64,000 nucleotides of DNA, taken from contig JALMLS010000497.1 of NCBI GenBank assembly GCA_038496445.1, forward strand, positions 21,525-85,524, in the 5' to 3' direction. The position numbers and the translations under genes are program-made. How positions within the stretch are numbered: position 1 is the stretch's first letter; every line of letters begins with the position of its first letter. Below the pieces are notes generated by a model. The model was not told the origin of the DNA, searched no databases, and was given only the letters and a program-made list of their open reading frames with translations. Source of the DNA: Trichosphaerium sp. ATCC 40318. Lineage: Eukaryota; Protista; Tubulinea. Of this stretch, positions 1 to 11,887 are shown piece by piece.

Positions 1-369
1 TGGAATTTTTTGAGTCTTTACGACGGTTGGGGTTTGTGCTGGATATGGATACACAGATTGACGGAGTAGTTGAGCAATGAGTTGAGGACAAAGTTTGAGA
101 ATAGCCTCTAACAGCTTTCTACGGGTGCCTGTAGCTAATTAAACGCGTATTACAATGACGTATTTGCGTACTATGGTTAAAGCCAAAACCTACTAACATT
201 GTGTCATTAAGCTCCATGAGGGATATTCCATCTATTTGATTCTCTCTTGGCATGGAGTCAGGAAAAGGCGTACAATAATCGAAACAAACCTCAGCTTTTC
301 TACACATTGCCCCAAGCCTTCTTTGGATAACCAATCGCTCACTCTATCACACGTCCAATACCTGGCCAT
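1..369 (-). CDS. 5' part of a SAM-domain gene (paralog of the SAM-F-box-LRR gene at 56878-60868), runs off the window
   Basis: Spliced translation MARYWTCDRVSDWLSKEGLGQCVEKLR/ENQIDGISLMELNDTMLVGFGF...TRRKLLEAI is SAM-like (W..V..WL...GL..., IDG..L..L). The first intron position is the same as in 60480-60868 and DNA similarity to that region is clear. Confidence 0.75.
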
Positions 370-1089
370 CTCGTAGGATCTATTTGAAGTATTTGTTGCT
401 ATGGTCAATTTTTTTAGGAGCGAATTGTTAAGCAGTGCCACTCGTTGTAGACACGTGCGTGGAATGTTCACTAGTTGTTATTGTTTGAAGCTCATAAAAA
501 AATAACAAGCGTAGTTGGCAGAGTTTTTGCTATGCTTTGGCAACGTTGATACTGATGTTGCATGATATAGCAGGAACGTTTTTGTTCGATGTAAATACCC
601 TAAGGGCTGCTGAGCGCTCTAGTTACGACAAATGGCATAAAAGTTATTTTGACAAAACGTTACTATTGTCCAAGATTACCACTTTTTTTAGTATTCAAAA
701 TTAAACATCACAAATCAAACAAAACACTGGCGAAGGCATACATAAACATTGAAGATTTCAACCTTGTTGGAACACCTTTCAAAGGAACATTTGAAGTAAA
801 TCTACATTCACATAGAGGAACTCAAGATCCAAATATTCGAATAGTATTAGGGCATGAGCCAGCATGTGGGCTGCTTTTTGCAAGCACTCCTAAAAAAATG
901 AAGGCAAAACAAATTAAATCACGTGGTTGTAAACCCCAGTCAACACGGAGTCGAAGTCCTTGTTACAACAATCTAATATTCTCACGTGGCGTGTACATGT
1001 AAAATAAAGAACAATATTCATGAATTAAATCTGTCACTTTTTTCTTCTGACTTTATAATCAGCGAACAGTCTTCTTCTCACAAAAACAT

Positions 1090-1184
1090 CTATTCAGCAT
1101 TTTGTTGCTTGATGCTAGGTTTTGGACCATGTATAGAACACAAACATTTAAAAGCATGTGTTACAACACCATTTAGAGCATGTA
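1090..1184 (+). repeat. ~90-bp direct repeat, copy 1 (copy 2 at 2163-2252)
   Basis: ctattcagcattttgttgcttgatgctaggttttgga...caaacatttaaaagcatgtg...atttagagcatgta occurs twice with few differences. Confidence 0.85.
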
Positions 1185-1968
1185 TTGTCCGTATCATTCA
1201 AGTTTGCTAATCTTTGCAACTTTTTGCTGTTTGTGACTTTTGATTTTCGAGTTTAGTCAGATCTGACAGATCTTGCAACTTCTGTTAGTTCTTACAGAAC
1301 TGACAATTTTGCTAGAACTAGCAGACCCAACGTTTGAAATGTGATTCACGTTATTGAAGGCTTGCTAGGCAGAAAAATCATGAATTTGCACTGGCCACGT
1401 GTTTTTAAAAACCCACCCAACATTTATTTTATTTTACATTTTTAGTTAAACGGTTACATGGCGCCCGTACCACAATATCGCCTCCAGAGATAATTTGAGC
1501 GCTTTTGATACGCCTCTTGAGTGTCGCCTCTTGACAGTTTTTTCCCGTCTTGACGCTATGATTGTGTCAGCACTAGCGCGTGGCGGCGTAGTACGTTAGG
1601 CAACAAATAACGAGTAATTTGTACCTTTTGGTATTGTTCGGCTCCTTTGGGCGCTTCTTTGGTGAGTGTAGCGTTTACAAGCGCACTTACACAAAATACT
1701 GCGATAGTCTTGTTAGATGATGTGACTTTGACATTGTATTTTTTTCTTGCCTTAAGGTACATAAGCACGGCAAGCAAGGTACATAGACTGGAGTTGTGGA
1801 ATGTGATGCATTCACATTGCACTGAACCTTCAAGTTTTTAACAGATCTGACAGAACTTACAAGAACTAGCAAAAGTGACAAGATCTGACAGATCTGTTAG
1901 TTCTTGCAAGATCTTACACTTTGATACTTCTGCCAAACCTGTCGCAAACTTGAATGATACGGACAATA
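1183..1968. mobile_element. Non-autonomous DNA transposon (MITE) with perfect 25-bp terminal inverted repeats and TA ends (Tc1/mariner-like)
   Basis: tattgtccgtatcattcaagtttgc (1183-1207) is the exact reverse complement of gcaaacttgaatgatacggacaata (1944-1968). Subterminal short repeats (cagatctgacaga, agaactagca, gttagttctt) occur at both ends. No credible CDS inside. Confidence 0.8.
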
Positions 1969-2162
1969 TGTCCCTCCATCTGTAACCTGGACCACAACAC
2001 AACCATCAACTTTACAAATAGAACCGACTTGAAATGACCTGCCGCGATTAAGGTCAACAACACTTCTTGTACTTTGTATGTATAGAGGTGGTCATAGCCG
2101 TTTAGCCGTTTAAGTTGTTGGGACGGGCTCTCACCTGCAAGAAAAATTAGGTAAAACTCAAA

Positions 2163-2252
2163 CTATTCAGCATTTTGTTGCTTGATGCTAGGTTTTGGAT
2201 GTATCGAACACAAACATTTAAAAGCATGTGGTACAACCATTTAGAGCATGTA
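2163..2252 (+). repeat. ~90-bp direct repeat, copy 2
   Basis: Near-identical to 1090-1184. Confidence 0.85.
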
Positions 2253-2647
2253 GAACTTAGGAAAAGCATGTGGTACCACCAACAAAATCTCACATTTTAA
2301 ACATTTTTCAGATTTTGTTGCTACTTTCTGGCTCGCTGTTGGATAACAGGCTATAAATTTTTGTACTACTGCCTCAGTTTGTACATTCAAGCCGCATTTT
2401 TACCCTAGTTAATCACCGTAGCGTGTCTTGCATCTTGTTATAAAAGATAACTTAACCAAATTTTGAAAAGTGTTCACATAACGGTTTACGTCATGTCATG
2501 ACATTTGTAAACCGTTCTTGTAGCTTAATTGTTAAATATGTGATTATTGGTATTACCTTGACTACCCATGACTATAGATATATGCGCAGGGTACATAAAC
2601 AATTGGCTCTTTTGTCTACAACATACTTATTTAATTCAAAAAAACAG

Positions 2648-3607
2648 ATGAGCGAAGAATCGGCCAAAGAAACTGTATTACAGCTTCCACCTGAATTACA
2701 ATATTATATTATAGACTTTGATATCAGTTTATACATAAAATGGCCACTTTTAGCGAAACAGGCAGCGACAACAACTCGATTTGACTTTGACTTAAACAAA
2801 CATGGCAAATGGCTTAAATTAAAAAAAAAGAGGAACAGGATTTTAGAACAGAGGTGTTGGCTACATGGTAAACAGCATGGCGAGTATAAAAAGTGGAAGA
2901 AAGGTGTTCTCCGTACACTGGTGCACTATAAAAACGGCAAAAAGGAGGGAAAAGCAAAGGTATGGAGCGGCGAAGGCAAGTTGAGATCAGAATGTTTTTA
3001 TGTCAATGATAAGAAGGATGGTGTTCAAAGAAAATTGCACCACAATGGTCAAATAGAAACAATATGTGTTTATGTGAATGGTAGAATAGAAGGAGAATAT
3101 AAACAGTGGTACAGCGATGGTAAATTGAAAGAGGAAAGTTACTTTGTCAATGGAAGACTACATGGAAAAGTTACAACAAGGGCATATACTGGCATTGAAG
3201 CACGTGGTTTTTATGTCAATGGCAAGCTTGAGGGTGAGTATTTCACTTATAAACACGGGTCATTATTTGAACAGTACCATTACACAAACGGTAAAAAGCA
3301 AGGTGAGTATAAGGCATGGCACAGCAATGGGAAAATAGCTGCTTGTCATTTCTTCAAAAATGATGTGATTGAAGGAGAATGTAGGGTGTGGTTTCCTTCA
3401 GGCCAACTGCATCATGAGTACAAGTGCGTTAATGGTGATGTACATGGCGATTTTATGGAATACCATACAAATGGACAATTAATGAGGAGGACATCCTACT
3501 TTGAGAATGTGAGGGATGGCGAACAAAAGCTATGGAATGAACAAGGAAAACTTATGGCAAGAACTATGTATGTTTATGGAGAAATGACTAAACAAACACG
3601 TTACTAA
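2648..3607 (+). CDS. Intronless F-box-like / MORN-variant repeat protein
   Basis: ATG at 2648 is in frame with ORF 2498-3607. N-terminal LQLPPELQYYIIDF (F-box-like) is followed by about 10 repeats of Y.NG..EG.Y..W..NG.L (MORN_2 type). Confidence 0.8.
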   Translation: MSEESAKETVLQLPPELQYYIIDFDISLYIKWPLLAKQAATTTRFDFDLNKHGKWLKLKKKRNRILEQRCWLHGKQHGEYKKWKKGVLRTLVHYKNGKKEGKAKVWSGEGKLRSECFYVNDKKDGVQRKLHHNGQIETICVYVNGRIEGEYKQWYSDGKLKEESYFVNGRLHGKVTTRAYTGIEARGFYVNGKLEGEYFTYKHGSLFEQYHYTNGKKQGEYKAWHSNGKIAACHFFKNDVIEGECRVWFPSGQLHHEYKCVNGDVHGDFMEYHTNGQLMRRTSYFENVRDGEQKLWNEQGKLMARTMYVYGEMTKQTRY

Positions 3608-3906
3608 TGATGATATTATTGCATATCTATGATTTGTTCATTTCTTTACTGTACAAACCACTGCAGGCTAAAATAAAGGAAGCTGTTACATACATGCATT
3701 TCAGGTTAATTGTTAAAAGTGTTGCAAAATCTTGTACTTGCGTTCATTGAAGTTAGCTGAGTTAAGTTAGGCATCAGTTTGACGTAGCTGGGTCTATACC
3801 GTTCAAGTGTTGACTATAGGCCACAATAACAACAAATTTGGGTGTTTCAACAATGACGTTAATTATTTCATTCATGCAAGTTATGGAGAACAGCGAGATG
3901 ATTTAT

Positions 3907-5422
3907 TTATATTGGTATTTTTATTTTACTTACTTTCTCCTGGTGTGAAAAGTACAACATGTCCTCATGGTAAGCAATACTAGTAATATCCTCTGTTTTA
4001 TTATGATTCATTCTAATATGAACAATATCGCCTGTGTCAACAAACAATCTGAGTATTGAACCTCCCCAACAAAAAAGTAAGCTGCCTAAAAAAGTATCTT
4101 TAGCTTTTTTCTGACAAAAACAGGAACACCAGTGCTGAAAAATGGTAATTTTGACTATTCATAAAGACAGTAAAAAAGTCCCACATGGTTATATTCTACC
4201 AGAGACGCTGAGTACTACGCAAGCGTAACTGTACAAAAAACAACAAAAGTATGTTTGGTTTTTTTTTTTTTCAAAAAGAGTGGTCTTGTGACTGGCATGT
4301 TGTCTGCACAGTACTTGTATCAACAACGTACCGTTTTTATAAAATATATAACCCCATTTATAAATACATTTTCTTTTAAACAAAAGTGTTTCAACCTTTG
4401 TTTCGAGATTCAAACAATATATCAACAATGTTTGCCATTGATTTGCTCTGTAGTACAAATTGCCCTTCCCGTCAAATGCCAGGCCGACAGGGCGTTTAGC
4501 TTGTATGATTTCTTTGATATCTTCATCATAAAGACGTCCACCATTATTTGAAAATGTTGGATTCCTTACCACACAAAAACGGTTCTCCTTTCTCAAGGAG
4601 TAGCAAATGTCACCTGACGGCATAATAGAAATACCTCGTGCCCAATTATGTGAATAAATAAGTACTTTTAGTGTATTCGTGTTCGCTTCCAAGTATAATA
4701 TACGCTACATAATCTATTAAAACAAGAACTTGTATATGTACATCGGTGTGTACTCTGTTGACTAAATAAGGAAAAAGTGAAGTAAACTTACACATGTACC
4801 AGAATTACAAAAGAAAATGTTGTTGTTCTTGTCCACTACAACATCTTGTGGGAATTGAAGTTTATCCCTTGTAGATTCAAACGTTGTTGTTTTGTTTGTT
4901 TTTATATCGATCTTGTGTATTAAATGGAGCTTATTGTCAATCACGATCAACTAGTATAATGTTGTAAGAAAAAACTGAGATACAAAGTTGCTGTCTCAAC
5001 TAAATTTTGGCTGACACGTGGGAAAATACTGATAACGTACATTACCATCATTATCGAAGGCAAGTCCCCTTATGTTACCACAAATCGCTGATAACTCTTC
5101 ACCTAAACACCAACTGTCAAATCAAACAGATAGAACTTTTCTCGTACCACCTACACCATGTATCACTGAGTGCGTTGTAGCTATAGTCTTAAAAAGTTGT
5201 GTAAATGAAGTAGTATGTCAAATGACTCTATATTGCGTTGTTTTAGAGTGGTACCTTGTACAATAACGAGCCTTTACAGACATTACACAGAAATTTGCTC
5301 GTAAGCATTGTATTCAATAATGCAGTAGGTGTAGAAGCGAAATCTACGATACAAAGCGCTATTTCAGGTGGAAGTATGGAGAAACCCTCATTTGCGTTTG
5401 TTTCACGTTTCTCTGGTTCCAT
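3907..5422 (-). CDS. F-box + NHL/beta-propeller repeat protein (multi-exon)
   Basis: Exon 1 MEPEKRE...FSILPPEIALCIVDF...TMLTSKFL (F-box). Later exons read RGLAFDNDGN, FPQDVVVDKNNNIFF and RPVGLAFDGKGNLYY (NHL-like). GT-AG introns. Confidence 0.7.
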
Positions 5423-5698
5423 TAATACAGTCGCGTACTGTCCAGTGTGCTATGCTTCGCCGGAGCAAGATTGTAGGGTTCAGAAGGTCAAAGCCAGCAA
5501 AATAAACTGAGTGAATCTCGCACCCCAATTTTTACAGTTGCTGTGAGAAAAAGCCACGTGGTATTGTTACTATTCTCTGATTACAATTAATCATGAGATT
5601 AATGGTGTCTCGCTAATGAACATTAAAATGTATTCTCTGAATTATGTAACATGTAAACAGCTATTATCCTAAAACTAAGGCCACATCTCTCTTACACG

Positions 5699-5751
5699 TA
5701 TTGTCGGTATCGTTCAAGATTGAGAAACTTTGCAGCTTTTTGTCGTTTGTG
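5699..5751 (+). repeat. Degenerate solo terminus of the MITE family at 1183-1968
   Basis: tattgtcggtatcgttcaagattgagaaactttgcagctttttgtcgtttgtg aligns with 1183-1235 (tattgtccgtatcattcaagtttgctaatctttgcaactttttgctgtttgtg). Confidence 0.6.
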
Positions 5752-6641
5752 TTCCTAAAGAAATAGACGGTTTTTTTTCACATTATTAGTCCTGGTATAC
5801 CCAAAATTCTCGTTCGTGTTTTTTCACATGCAATTGACGTGTTTGGAAGGACCTTTCCTGATTTCATAGCATAAAGTGTACCTTTCGTCGTGCTCAGTAC
5901 ATAGGCACGTATTTATGCAATGTGTTACCACTGAATGTTGGAGGATTGGGCTGATTTTTTCTTTTCGTGTAACTGTTTTCAACACATGATTAAGTATAAC
6001 ATGTTACCACGCTATGAATGTATCGCCGCATACAACATGCAATAAATAGTACGAACAGTTATCTAAAGTTTTTACAAAACCGAGTGAGCAGGGACAGTGC
6101 ATATTGGTTTGTCAATAAGGATTGAGTGCCAAACTTTACTGATATTATGTAAATCACGATAAAAAATATGTACAGTATAGCGAGGTTACAATACAGACTT
6201 GTACAAACTTCTCGTATTGCTCTTGGCAGTAAACTGTAAGTGCAACATTGGATAGTCCAATACAATATTATACGACAGACAACTATATGGTAACAAATAC
6301 AGGCTACAGAATTGCAAAGATACAAAAAAAATAAAAAAATAAACAATGTGAAAACTAACATGGACACTACTCGTATAATAAGCGACCAAACTTACTGTGT
6401 AGATGCAATGTGTGTAGTGCTTACGCCATGGCGAAAAATTCTTAATCATGGTTGAGTAAGTTAAATTTGCTGTAGGTGCTATCACTTTAATTCGTTTTCA
6501 AATAATTTTTTTATTTTTTCTTTTTACTGAGCAATAGAATGAGTACAATTACCTACATAAAAGATCAATAACTTCAAGTGCTCAAAGAACTGTTATGGTT
6601 TTTGTTCACAAACACGATTAAAAAATAAGTTTGGTGCCTGG

Positions 6642-8028
6642 CTAGTGTTTATCAACGAAGTGTTGAGGTTGTAGCTCAGACTCATTTAGATGCAAAATAA
6701 TAATAAACAGAATGAAACGTACAATTTTTTCTTTGAGAATAAATAAAAGTGCTGACGTTAGTACTGACTGTATGGCCTTCGCAGAGAACCCTTTATATAA
6801 ACCTAAGATGCCTTCCCCTTCCATTATTGTCTGTAAATGCAATATCAGTAAAAAAGCACGTGAAAAGTAAACTCTTTAGCATGCAAACTTAGAAAAAACT
6901 TACCTCAAAAGATTGCATCATTGATTGGTATTTAGAATCTTCTTGCTCTTCTCTTTTACGCACCTAAACGCAATGTATTTTAGATCACAAATTCAGAAAA
7001 AGGGAATCCAGTAGTCAGTAACTAGGTAATAGCAACGCTAGAAACTAGTCTTCGTGCAAACAAAATTTGTTGGAGATGAGTACCTGGAGTCTTGTCTTTA
7101 CTACAATGTATGGATAAGTCGCTATCGTAGCGGCTAATTTAGACAATGCACCAAGAACAAATAGCTCTACTCCCGTAATATTCTTAGTACCCTTCCAAGC
7201 TAACAATCTCAATTTTGCTCTTTCAAAAACGGAATACTGAATAACAGGATTCAAAACTAAAACAAGAGCAGGCATTATTCCCTTCCATAGAGCAAAGATT
7301 CCTTCTTGTTGAATCAATGACGACAGTGTAGCAAACGTTGATGTTTTTTCCTTTGATTGCTGCTGTCTCACTGTGATTATCCATATTGGATTAGTAAGCA
7401 AGGCAGTCATACACCCTATCAGAAAAAGATTAGTGGGGTTTTTTTTCGCCTGAACTTAAAAATCATGTGCTGATCACGTGGTATCAACCAACGCTTACAA
7501 ACATTTACGAGTGTTAATTCTATAATGTAGTATTTAATTGAAGGTAAAAAAGCGTACCAGCGAGTGAAGACACAATAATGTTTTCAGTGACATGCAAAGC
7601 TCTCCCGCTTGCTTGTTTTGCTGCCATTTTATTAAAAAGCTCATAAAAGTAGTAATACGCCGCTTGAGTTGCTGCGTTACCAACCATTGCCGAATACCAC
7701 CCTCTACAAAGGTGTAAAAGGAGAAATAAGCTTGTTTTTCCGAAACTTACTTGTATAGCGCCTGACCGCCTTCGGATGATATTATCTTATTAATCTGTTG
7801 CGTCATGGTCATTGTAATCTCCTCTTCGTTAGCCTACAATTTGGTAACATTTAGAATGCCAGTACGCTTTCAAACCTGGCGTCTTGTAGTCTAAAATACA
7901 GTTTAGGAGCGTAATATATGATTATTGAAGCGTACAAGTACGGATAATGGAAAAGTAGCTGTTAGACTTAGACATCCACCTAAAGCGCCTGCTAGTGCGT
8001 GGAGAAGCGCTGTGCCTTCACTTGCCAT
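6642..8028 (-). CDS. Mitochondrial-carrier-family (SLC25) protein, peroxisomal PMP34/SLC25A17-like
   Basis: MASEGTALLHALAGALGG..., with carrier signatures TNPIWIITVRQQ, EGIFALWKG..PALVLVLNPVIQY, TYPYIVVKTRLQ and EGILGLYKG. Multi-exon; 3' end approximate. Confidence 0.85.
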
Positions 8029-8094
8029 TGTTGTAGTAAGGTTGTTTTGACTTTACCAAGACTTGTTCTCGCTCTTTTTTGTTAGCTGTTAGCA

Positions 8095-9593
8095 ATGATT
8101 CTACCGCGTGTATTTAAACGCTACTATGTAGCGGAGCGCAAGGTTACATTAGATTTCAAATTAGACAATATTGGCGGTGTTGAAGTTCGGAGAGATCCTT
8201 TACTCCATCACATCACAAGGAACGTATATTAAATGCGTATGAACGCCAACAAAGCTTAGAATAAACCCAGAGCGTGCCTCTAGACCAAAACAAACAGCGA
8301 GTACATCAGCAGCCTTAAATAAGCTCATAGAAGAAGCTGGCGATGGCCCTTTCGCGTTAAAAAATGTTTCAGCAGTGCGTTAATGTCAAATGCTTCAAAA
8401 CGTCATCTCTAAAGCTAAAAGTAGCTGAAAGAGAAGCTCACACCAAGAATATGCAAGTTATTAAATATTTCAAAGTCTGTTGGTGTGTTTGAGAGAAATG
8501 AGTGTCGTTTCTTTCCAAACAAGTTTCCTTTTGGAAGCAATCACGTTGTTGGTACATCAAAAAAATACTTTAATGTTGGCTTAATAACAAGTTTTTTTTT
8601 TTAACTTCCAGGTGTCATATCTAATGCACCTTACGTCGAAATGCAGGATTTCAAACGTGAGCAACTAGCTGATATGTTATGGTGTGCAAAGAAGCTAACA
8701 AAAGCGTTTAATGAGGCGGATTGTAAGACCATCACAAGATATCTTTTTTTTTTTATTTATTTTTATTACAGCCAAGGATATATTTCCTACATTGATCTGG
8801 AACTACCTTCCGCCAAGTGGAGGATCGATTGTGCATCCCCATGTGCAACTACTTGTAGAGTCAAGAGCAATTAATATAGTAGAACAAACGATAACAAGAG
8901 CACGTGCTTACAAAGAGACGGAAGGAGCAGAATATTTTAAGAATTTAATTCGATTAGAAACTACTTTAAAGGACAGGTTAGCATTGCCTTGTTGTTAATC
9001 AACTCCTTGTATAGTGTATTAATGCATTTATGTAGGTACATTGGTAGCTACGGTTCAACTGTCGTATTAGCACCATTCGCACCACGAGCTTACAACGAAG
9101 TCCATATTTTTATTCCTGGATGTTCAACAATAAGTGACCTAACAGATAGACAAATCGGTGACTTGTCGATTGCAATTACAAGGGTTCTATTCGGATACAA
9201 ACAACTAGGTATGCCACAACTACTATTACATGAAGCGCATTTATCCTTACATTTTCCTAAGGCTTGGGCTCGTTTAACATGGCTTCAGTATCAGGTAAAA
9301 CACTTTAGCGGACAAGTTTTGACCTTTGTTTGTAGGTCCTGTTAATGGCTCTGAGGACTTCACATTACATTTTAAATTATTTTCACGCCCACATCCTAAT
9401 GGTATTTATACAAATGATACTGGTGCTTTTGAAAGACTATATGATGAATTTGTACGATTTGATGAAACTCTTTTTGTTTAAATTGTTTAGTCGCATTTTA
9501 CTCAATTGTACTTACACGAAAAATCTTTTTTAGGTTGTTGATATGTTCCCTGAACTATTGGCTGAAGAGCTAAGTAAAAGATTCGATAAATAA
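8095..9593 (+). CDS. Galactose-1-phosphate uridylyltransferase (GalT)/HIT-like nucleotidyltransferase
   Basis: N-terminal EVRRDPL...RINPERASRPK, FPNKFPF, WNYLPPSGGSIVHPHVQ (HPHxQ nucleophile motif) and LAPFAPRAYNEVHI. Multi-exon; ends VDMFPELLAEELSKRFDK*. Confidence 0.75.
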
Positions 9594-9913
9594 AACAGAA
9601 GATTTTGTTTCTTGAAACAATCACAGTTTGGCCTTGTTTGGCCTTTGTTGAAAACATGCGCGCGTAGAAAATGTTGGTATACGTCTATATGACGAGTAGA
9701 ACGCCTGGGTTGAAGGCGTACAAACTGACTGCGTCATGATAAAACGAAGGAAAAAAATAAAACCGCCAAGTGTCATTTTTTTTGATTCTCTAAGAAAAGC
9801 GCGTGGTGATTCTAAAACAAGTTGTTTTATTGTTAGAACCTCGTTTTAGCAACGATGGGGTGGTGAGTGATAAAATAAAGGTATTTGTGGCGTTTGAAAA
9901 GATTGTTTACCGC

Positions 9914-10284
9914 TCAAATGTATTCGTCTTCAAAATCTTCGTCTTCCCACCTTTGAGTTGCTATACAAACGCGTAAGAGGGGTTTTTTAGAGTAAATTGG
10001 TAGGGAGGCGTACATTTCTTTTCCTGTGGAGTATTTTCAGCTTTGGCTTTTATAGCTTTCTTTTTACGCCTTGGTTTACCGTTCCACCACCTATCAAGCT
10101 TTTTGTATATTTTAGGTGACAAGTAAATGGTGGAACCAAGCACTGCGCCCCAGTACGTTACTATAAACCACCTAACGAACTAAGTGGACGCAAGTTTAAC
10201 CACTATGTACTCATAAGGCGTTTTTGGCTTGTAACGAGCCCAACTGACTAAACGAGTACTGATCTTGTAATACCAGTTGCTCAT
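9914..10284 (-). CDS. Small single-pass membrane protein, unknown function (3 exons)
   Basis: Spliced MSNWYYKISTRLVSWARYKPKTPYE/WFIVTYWGAVLGSTIYLSPKIYKKLDRWWNGKPRRKKK.../STQRWEDEDFEDEYI*, using GT-AG introns in consistent phase. Confidence 0.5.
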
Positions 10285-10581
10285 TATGCATAATAAGCTC
10301 AGAAGTATCTTGACCCGGAGAAATAGCAGCTATTTATTCCAAGCCATTCTAAACAGCTTATTACGCTCACAAAATGAGCATTCTATCAATAGTGACAACG
10401 TTAGGGCTGGTAATGTTTGCTGGTTGGACTTTAACGAATACGTACCGTTACGCCACTGGCGACTACTTTACCATAAATGGGCTACCCGAGGTACCATAAA
10501 AACTGTATTTTTCACACGAAAAAGCGTGCACAGGTTTTTTACCGTTCGTAATCGATTAATATAGCTAAAACTCTTCCTAGA

Positions 10582-11616
10582 ATGCTATGGAAGCGATTGG
10601 TGTCCATAACTATACTGATCTGTGCGTTATTATGTTGGCACATCGTTTTACAGTTTTCTAGTGAAGCATTTTCAGCCCGTGTTTGGGAAGCCAGATTCGC
10701 TCACCATTTAAAGTATCCAACATCTCTTGTTGTTGAATCTCATGTACATCTGTCTACTCTATATGGTGCCTTATAACGGAAACCAAGTTAGAGAGATAGC
10801 TGACATTGTCTTGTTTGTTTAGGTTTGATTGTACCTTTTCAGTTTTCAACAACTGTACGCAGCAGCTTTCCTATGATTCATAGAGTATGTGGGTGTATCC
10901 TTTTCTATTTGTTGTTGAAATTGCACAAGGCAGCGTTTATAATTTTAACTTTTCTTGTGCTGCTTTGCTTGTTGCGCGCTTGTCACTTCGCTTCTGCCTG
11001 GTCCATTGCTTAAACAAATGTTATTGACATTATAAGCTTTGTTTGCTTGTAAAGTTTCAGACCAAGAACGTGATGAGTGGTAACTTGCCAAGCATGCATA
11101 ATTTTACTACTTTCTTAATTTTGCTTTGATTGTTTTTTTTTCCTTCACTCTTTTGAGACTTGTACTACCTTCTGAGTATATACTTGAGTATTACAGGTAT
11201 AATGTTAGGAGTGAATACAACACATGATATACATGTTCCAGTGGTAGCAGTACTAAATGGAGGATTGTTCGTGTATGCAATATACAATTCATACATTGCT
11301 GCAAAAAATAAGAGATTTTTGGAACACAGAGCATGGAATCTCAGATCCCTTGCTTGTTCAGTGTTTGTACTTGTACAGCGATTTTTGTTTGGTGTTTCTT
11401 TATCTTTCCTACCACCTGCTGATGTACGTGTTTTGGAGTTATTTTTAATGAATGTTGTACCTGACAATTTGATTTTGTATTTAGGATCACACATCTTGGA
11501 TGAAGAATTGGGACACTGCTTTTGCATTGGGCAATTGGTTAAGCTTTGTTCTATGCAATATGTTTGTAGAGTATTATATATCCTTACAGAAACCAAAGAA
11601 GCGAAAAATATACTAA
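10582..11616 (+). CDS. DUF2306-like multi-pass membrane protein
   Basis: H..LS.LYG..VPFQFSTTVRSSFPMIHRVCG and AAKNKRFLEHRAWNLRS motifs with hydrophobic segments; multi-exon. Confidence 0.65.
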
Positions 11617-11887
11617 TTAAGCATAATAGCACTGTTTTACACAAGAAACAAAATAGTGGAATCAGATTCCACTTTCCTACTTTCTCATTATTTTCACATC
11701 GTCAGTTTACTAATAATAACATGATGCCATCACATGTTAATCTAAACAAAGGTTTCACCTAAGCAGTAAGATGATTACTTAGAGAAGCGCTCTATGAGCA
11801 ATTCAAAAACAGAATTGTTAAGTGAGTTTATTTTTTGACATTATTTCACCACTTGGTAAAACTGACAACGTATCGCTGTACTCCACA

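Noticed and set aside
1250-1920. CRISPR-like or satellite array
   Set aside because: Short irregular 9-13-bp subterminal repeats of a MITE, with no constant repeat-spacer period.
2498-3607. Bacterial YwqK-type antitoxin / toxin-antitoxin system
   Set aside because: The similarity is only the generic MORN-variant repeat; the context is eukaryotic and there is no adjacent toxin gene.
5760-6490. Hydrophobic ORFs 6059-6367 and 6186-6485 (similarly 649-1002 and 26850-27278)
   Set aside because: Low-complexity AT-rich translations with no recognisable motif or convincing splice structure.
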